Of a stretch of 64,000 bases of DNA, positions 59,768 to 64,000 are shown piece by piece. The DNA is from Opitutales bacterium (GTDB lineage: Bacteria; Verrucomicrobiota; Verrucomicrobiia; Opitutales; JABSRG01). How positions within the stretch are numbered: position 1 is the stretch's first letter; each line of letters opens with the position of its first letter. Made by a program: the position numbers and the translations under genes. The stretch is taken from contig JBMYOQ010000014.1 in NCBI GenBank assembly GCA_049599475.1, positions 14,826 through 78,825 of the forward strand, written 5' to 3'. Under the pieces are notes generated by a model. That model was given only the letters and a program-made list of their open reading frames with translations. It did not search any database and was not told the origin of the DNA.

Positions 59768-60499
59768 ATGATTAAAAAGACTTCAACTATAGTATTCGCT
59801 ACTACGCTTGTGGCTACGTTTTCACATCTGAACGCGCAGGTGCTCGTGGATGTTAACGATATCGGTTCAATCGCAAGTAGCTCTTCTACAATCTCTGGTT
59901 TGAGTGGAACAGTTGTGAGCAGTAATGTTGATTTTAATGCAACTGGTTCTGTCACTTCATCGGATGTTGGTGAGTCCGAGACTTTTTCTTTTACTGTATC
60001 AGGCGTTAGCGACTGGGACTCTGCGGCTGCAGGTCTTTCTGAAGATCTTGGCGCGTATTTGAGTGGTCGAACCGCTGATACTCTCGGCGGAAATGACTCA
60101 GGTTGGGGCGTTGGTGGTAACTCCATTAGCTCTGGGGAGGCAATTCTTGTGAATTTTGACCTAAGCAATTTATCTGTATCGAGTCAGGCAAGTTTCAGTC
60201 TTGAGGGTTTTACCGCTTCAAGATGGGACGATGGCGATGCGCTTAATTACATGGTCATTGACAGCGAGGGTAGCATCACTGCCTCAGCGTCCGGTGTGAC
60301 GGATGCGATTTCTACATTAGGGGTTTCTGTTGGTAGTGGCGATACCCTGGTTGTTGGTTTTGACGCTGGAGATACATTCAGATTTGCTGATTTTACAGTC
60401 GATGTGGTTGCTGTTCCCGAGCCATCATCGGTGGCATTGATTTTTGGAGCTGGCGCTGGTGTATTGGTGATGATGCGCCGGCGCTCAACCAAGAGTTAA
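59768..60499 (+). CDS. PEP-CTERM sorting-domain surface protein, Ser/Gly/Asp-rich
   Basis: Signal peptide; C-terminal VPEPSS + TM + RRR. Confidence 0.93.
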   Translation: MIKKTSTIVFATTLVATFSHLNAQVLVDVNDIGSIASSSSTISGLSGTVVSSNVDFNATGSVTSSDVGESETFSFTVSGVSDWDSAAAGLSEDLGAYLSGRTADTLGGNDSGWGVGGNSISSGEAILVNFDLSNLSVSSQASFSLEGFTASRWDDGDALNYMVIDSEGSITASASGVTDAISTLGVSVGSGDTLVVGFDAGDTFRFADFTVDVVAVPEPSSVALIFGAGAGVLVMMRRRSTKS

Positions 60500-60510
60500 A
60501 CCGAAAAATA

Positions 60511-60567
60511 CAGCGGCCAAGAGTGAGGGGAATCTGGTAACAGTGCTCTTGGTCGCTGACTTTTTTT
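60511..60567 (+). terminator. Intrinsic terminator after PEP-CTERM gene
   Basis: cagcggccaagagt/gctcttggtcgctg stem with large loop, followed by T7. Confidence 0.65.
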
Positions 60568-61381
60568 AATCTTGTATCGGATATTTGGAGTGCTGGTCAG
60601 ATCAATCATATCCTGAAGGGGTGTGCTTGGGGTTATATATGAGAGACTAAGGTCTCAATCGATCAAAATTCACAATGGGTTAAGCTAGGCCGCTTGGGGG
60701 CCGTGAAAAGCAAAGGCGGGTAGGAATAAATCTTATGGATCTTATTTTCTGCCTGTATTTGAGCGTCTTTTGGCTGTTGTGTTAGCATTTCTTGAAAATT
60801 AATTGCTTTCAGTGTTGGGTGATTTGGTAGTTTTGTAATCAAATATAAAATACGTAATATAGGAATCGTAGCCTAGGTAGGCGGTGATCGCTGAGTGTGT
60901 TTTATTTATGACAAAAGTATTTGAATGTTTATGATTTAAGTGAGCCTTTATGTGCTAAAAGAATATATGTATTTGTAGTGTTTTATTGAAACTTATCGGA
61001 AATTGAGGCGTGTTATTTATTTGTCAACAGACGTACTTCAAAATGTAGTTATAAAAACGATATAAATACAAAGTGTGCCCTGAGATATTATACCTTAAAT
61101 TGTTGAGTTGCTTGGTAAATCCTAAGCATAGATATCTTCGATCTATTTATGTTTCGGAGGTCAACTATGATCGGTTTTCAGGGAGCAGAATTAGATCTTG
61201 TTTTTCGATAAATCACTCTGCGAAAAACGCACCTTGGATGCTTGTGTCTGAAGTGGGGACGTTTCTAGGCGGGCACAGAGGAAATCAGATTGGCTTGTTA
61301 ATCGCTATGGTGAGGCAATGGGCCGCTGTTGAGGTTTAGTGCAATCTTTTCAAATGAATGAGCAAGGAGCGAACCTAAATT

Positions 61382-62779
61382 ATGCTAAAGAGAATTAAAA
61401 TTTGTGCATTCTTCGTATCTATTTGTGTCGCACAATTGCATGCGGTAGATAAGCCCAATTTCGTTATAGTTCTGGCTGATGATGTGAGCTGGTCGAGTTT
61501 TGGCTGTAATGATTCGGGCTTGTATACCCGCACGCCAAACATTGACAGGTTGGCGGACCAGGGAATGCGTTTTACGAATTTTTCGGGTTCTGTGGCTATG
61601 TGTGGGCCACTCCGTCATGAGCTGTATACCGGCTTACTTCCACCGTCTTCCAGTGTTTATTCGAATGGTAGTAAACGAGCCGGAGAATATAAGAACATGG
61701 TCAGCTACCTCGGAGAGTTGGGGTATAATGTTGGACTGGCTGGAAAAGCGCATTTTAGTTCAGATACTCCGTTTCCAGAAATTCCAGGATTTACACACGG
61801 GGCGAATGAGAAGGACCCCACTTGGGAATTGAGCGGAGTCGAGCAATTTATTGAAGGGGCTCAGGCGGAAGGTAAACCATTTTGTGTCGTTTTGGGTTCG
61901 GTGCACGCACACCATCCGTGGACGATCGGAAATGTTTCAAATTTTCCTCTAGATAAGATGGTTATACCGCCCCATATGGTGGATACACCGATGACTCGGG
62001 AGGCTCTGGCGACGCATGCTGCTGAGGTTGAGGATCTGGATAACCAGGTAGGTGCCGCTATGAAACTGGTGGACGATCTGGGTTTGGCTAACAATACAGT
62101 CTTCATTTTCCTCAGTGAGCAGGGGACTGCTTTGCCCAACGGTAAATGGTCGATCTATGACTTTGGAACGCGAGCCCTGTGCCTCGTGCGCTGGCCGGGA
62201 AAGATTGAACCAGCCACTGTCACAGACGCCGTTGCAATGTATTGTGATATCATGCCCACTATGGTGGACATTGCAGGCGGAAAAGTTTCTTCGACCGATG
62301 GTAAGAGCATGCTATCTGTTTTAAAAGGAGAGACGGATAACCACCGCGAGCATGCGTATCTGATTCATCAGACGGGCGGGTTTACGCAGCGTGCTATTCG
62401 CAATAAAAAATTTAAGCTTATTTGGACTCCAGAGCAGGAAAATACTTACTACCTCGATGTCATGATGGCGCCCAAGAGCGGTAAGACTTTTGCCAGAACT
62501 TGGAGAGAATGGTTGGTTGAAGCCAAGAGCAACCCTTCGGCTGAAACACAAATCGACCGAGTCTTAGTGCACTCGGAGTTTGAGCTCTATAATATTCAAG
62601 ATGACCCGTGGGAGTTGAACAACTTAGCTGACAACCCCGAATATGCTAAAGTCGTTAAGGAAATGCATGCGCAGATAAAAGCCGATATGGCGAGTCTCAA
62701 CGATGTATTTTCGACGGTAGATCCCAAAGCAGAAAAACGAGAGCGGAAGGGAAAAGAGAAAAAGAAGAACAAAAGTTGA
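61382..62779 (+). CDS. Secreted formylglycine-dependent sulfatase
   Basis: PNFVIVLADD, TPNIDRLA, CGPLR (CxPxR), AGKAH, ELYNIQDDPWELNNLA. Confidence 0.93.
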   Translation: MLKRIKICAFFVSICVAQLHAVDKPNFVIVLADDVSWSSFGCNDSGLYTRTPNIDRLADQGMRFTNFSGSVAMCGPLRHELYTGLLPPSSSVYSNGSKRAGEYKNMVSYLGELGYNVGLAGKAHFSSDTPFPEIPGFTHGANEKDPTWELSGVEQFIEGAQAEGKPFCVVLGSVHAHHPWTIGNVSNFPLDKMVIPPHMVDTPMTREALATHAAEVEDLDNQVGAAMKLVDDLGLANNTVFIFLSEQGTALPNGKWSIYDFGTRALCLVRWPGKIEPATVTDAVAMYCDIMPTMVDIAGGKVSSTDGKSMLSVLKGETDNHREHAYLIHQTGGFTQRAIRNKKFKLIWTPEQENTYYLDVMMAPKSGKTFARTWREWLVEAKSNPSAETQIDRVLVHSEFELYNIQDDPWELNNLADNPEYAKVVKEMHAQIKADMASLNDVFSTVDPKAEKRERKGKEKKKNKS

Positions 62780-62795
62780 AGGAGACAGTAAGGCT

Positions 62796-64000
62796 ATGAA
62801 ACATAGAATAAAATCATACATGGGCTTTTGGGTCTCTTTAGTCACTGCTTGTGCCGCTGTTACCGCGAACGCTGAGCTTCCCAATGTTGTCATTATTTTC
62901 AATGACGACCAGGGATATCAGGACCTTAGCTGCTATGGCTCACCGGATATCAAAACGCCGCGAGTCGATCAAATGACCGCGAACGGGATCAAGTTCACGA
63001 GTTTTATGGTGGCGTCTTCTGTATGCTCACCCTCGCGTGCAGCATTGCTGACAGGTTGCTATCCTAATCGAGTGGGGGTGCCGAGTGTCTATTTTCCAGA
63101 TCGCGGCAAGGGTGGGCTGGATCCTAAGCATGTGACCATCGCTGAAATGCTGAAGACTGTGGGCTATAACACGGCGGCAGTTGGGAAATGGCACCTAGGT
63201 GATGAGGTGCAGTATTTGCCTACAAATCAGGGCTTCGATTCATATTATGGAATCCCTTACAGCAATGATATGTTTCCTGCGTCCACGATGAAGTATGCGG
63301 ATGATTGTCTGTTTCTCGAAGGGCAAAGTCATGAAACATTGAAAGCCGCCTTCGCTGGTAAACTGCGTAACGGAAACCCGGCATCTATGAAAAACATGGT
63401 GCCACTGATGCGAGGCGAAGAGTGCATCGAGTTTCCAGCAGATCAGACGACGATTACTCGTCGTTTTACGGACGAAAGTATCGCATTTATCTCAAAGAGT
63501 GTTCAGGAGAAAAAGCCGTTCTTTCTGTATTTGGCTCATTCGATGCCGCATATCCCTCTGTATGTATCTCCTGAATTTGAAGGTAAAAGCGAGCGTGGTC
63601 TATATGGCGACGTAATCGAGGAGATTGATTTTAATACAGGCCGTATTCTGGATCACCTCAAAGCCATGGGTATCGAAGATAATACCTTAATTATTTTTAC
63701 CTCAGACAATGGCCCATGGTTGGTTAAAGAAGAGGCCGGTGGAAGTGCTTTGCCGTTATTTGAAGGGAAGATGACAACCTTTGAGGGCGGTCAGCGGGTT
63801 CCATGTGTGATGCAGTGGCCCGCGCGTATTCCCGCTGGTATCGTTTCTGATGAGTTGGCTACTACTATGGACTTGATGCCGACGCTTGCCTCGATCACTG
63901 GTGCCGCGCCGCCAACGGTTCAGCCCTTGGATGGAAAAGATATTCTCGACCTGATAACGAACAAGCCGGGGGCCAAGTCACCTTATGATTATTTCTATTA
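62796..64000 (+). CDS. Secreted sulfatase (arylsulfatase-like), runs off window end; absent from the ORF track
   Basis: Manual translation from ATG 62796: MKHRIKSY..ELPNVVIIFNDDQGYQDL..TPRVD..VCSPSRAALLTG..VGKWHLG..GIPYSNDM..FTSDNGPW. Confidence 0.93.
   Translation, partial: MKHRIKSYMGFWVSLVTACAAVTANAELPNVVIIFNDDQGYQDLSCYGSPDIKTPRVDQMTANGIKFTSFMVASSVCSPSRAALLTGCYPNRVGVPSVYFPDRGKGGLDPKHVTIAEMLKTVGYNTAAVGKWHLGDEVQYLPTNQGFDSYYGIPYSNDMFPASTMKYADDCLFLEGQSHETLKAAFAGKLRNGNPASMKNMVPLMRGEECIEFPADQTTITRRFTDESIAFISKSVQEKKPFFLYLAHSMPHIPLYVSPEFEGKSERGLYGDVIEEIDFNTGRILDHLKAMGIEDNTLIIFTSDNGPWLVKEEAGGSALPLFEGKMTTFEGGQRVPCVMQWPARIPAGIVSDELATTMDLMPTLASITGAAPPTVQPLDGKDILDLITNKPGAKSPYDYFY

Noticed and set aside
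61073..61339. 88-aa GTG-start ORF upstream of the first sulfatase
   Set aside because: No motif, no clear RBS, lies in AT-rich promoter-like DNA; likely spurious

Overview
A gene-dense bacterial chromosomal segment, probably from Verrucomicrobiota (Opitutae/Puniceicoccales-like). This is inferred from the PEP-CTERM protein, the sulfatase pair behind an AraC-type two-component system, the rpsF-ssb-rplI order and the compact pilMNOPQ-like operon. Core genes are ggt (partial), rplY-pth-rpsF-ssb-rplI, dnaB-bamA-skp, hisC-hisB-hisH, gltA, udg, mqo, aguA/aguB and tRNA-Asn(GTT). Accessory content includes an RND efflux operon, transporters, hydrolases, an SPFH pair and the start of a sulfated-glycan utilisation locus. 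The most interesting element is a tightly coupled minus-strand three-gene operon at 18426-23956. It encodes one polypeptide fusing an inactive transglutaminase-like domain, a 7TM domain and an alpha-L-glutamate-ligase-like ATP-grasp, followed by a membrane-anchored TPR protein and an outer-membrane beta-barrel. This layout mirrors synthase-dependent exopolysaccharide export (synthase/TPR/porin) but has a peptide-bond ligase in place of the glycosyltransferase, which makes it a candidate poly-amino-acid synthesis and secretion machine. Other notable items are a 40-bp duplication of the ggt 3' end bracketing an integrase-free 2.5-kb insert, a stand-alone tandem NarX/PilJ-type sensor protein, a tandem winged-helix membrane protein heading an SPFH pair, and two pairs of 21-bp-spaced direct repeats downstream of a split hybrid two-component system. 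All assignments come from motif recognition by eye; no database search or computation was run.
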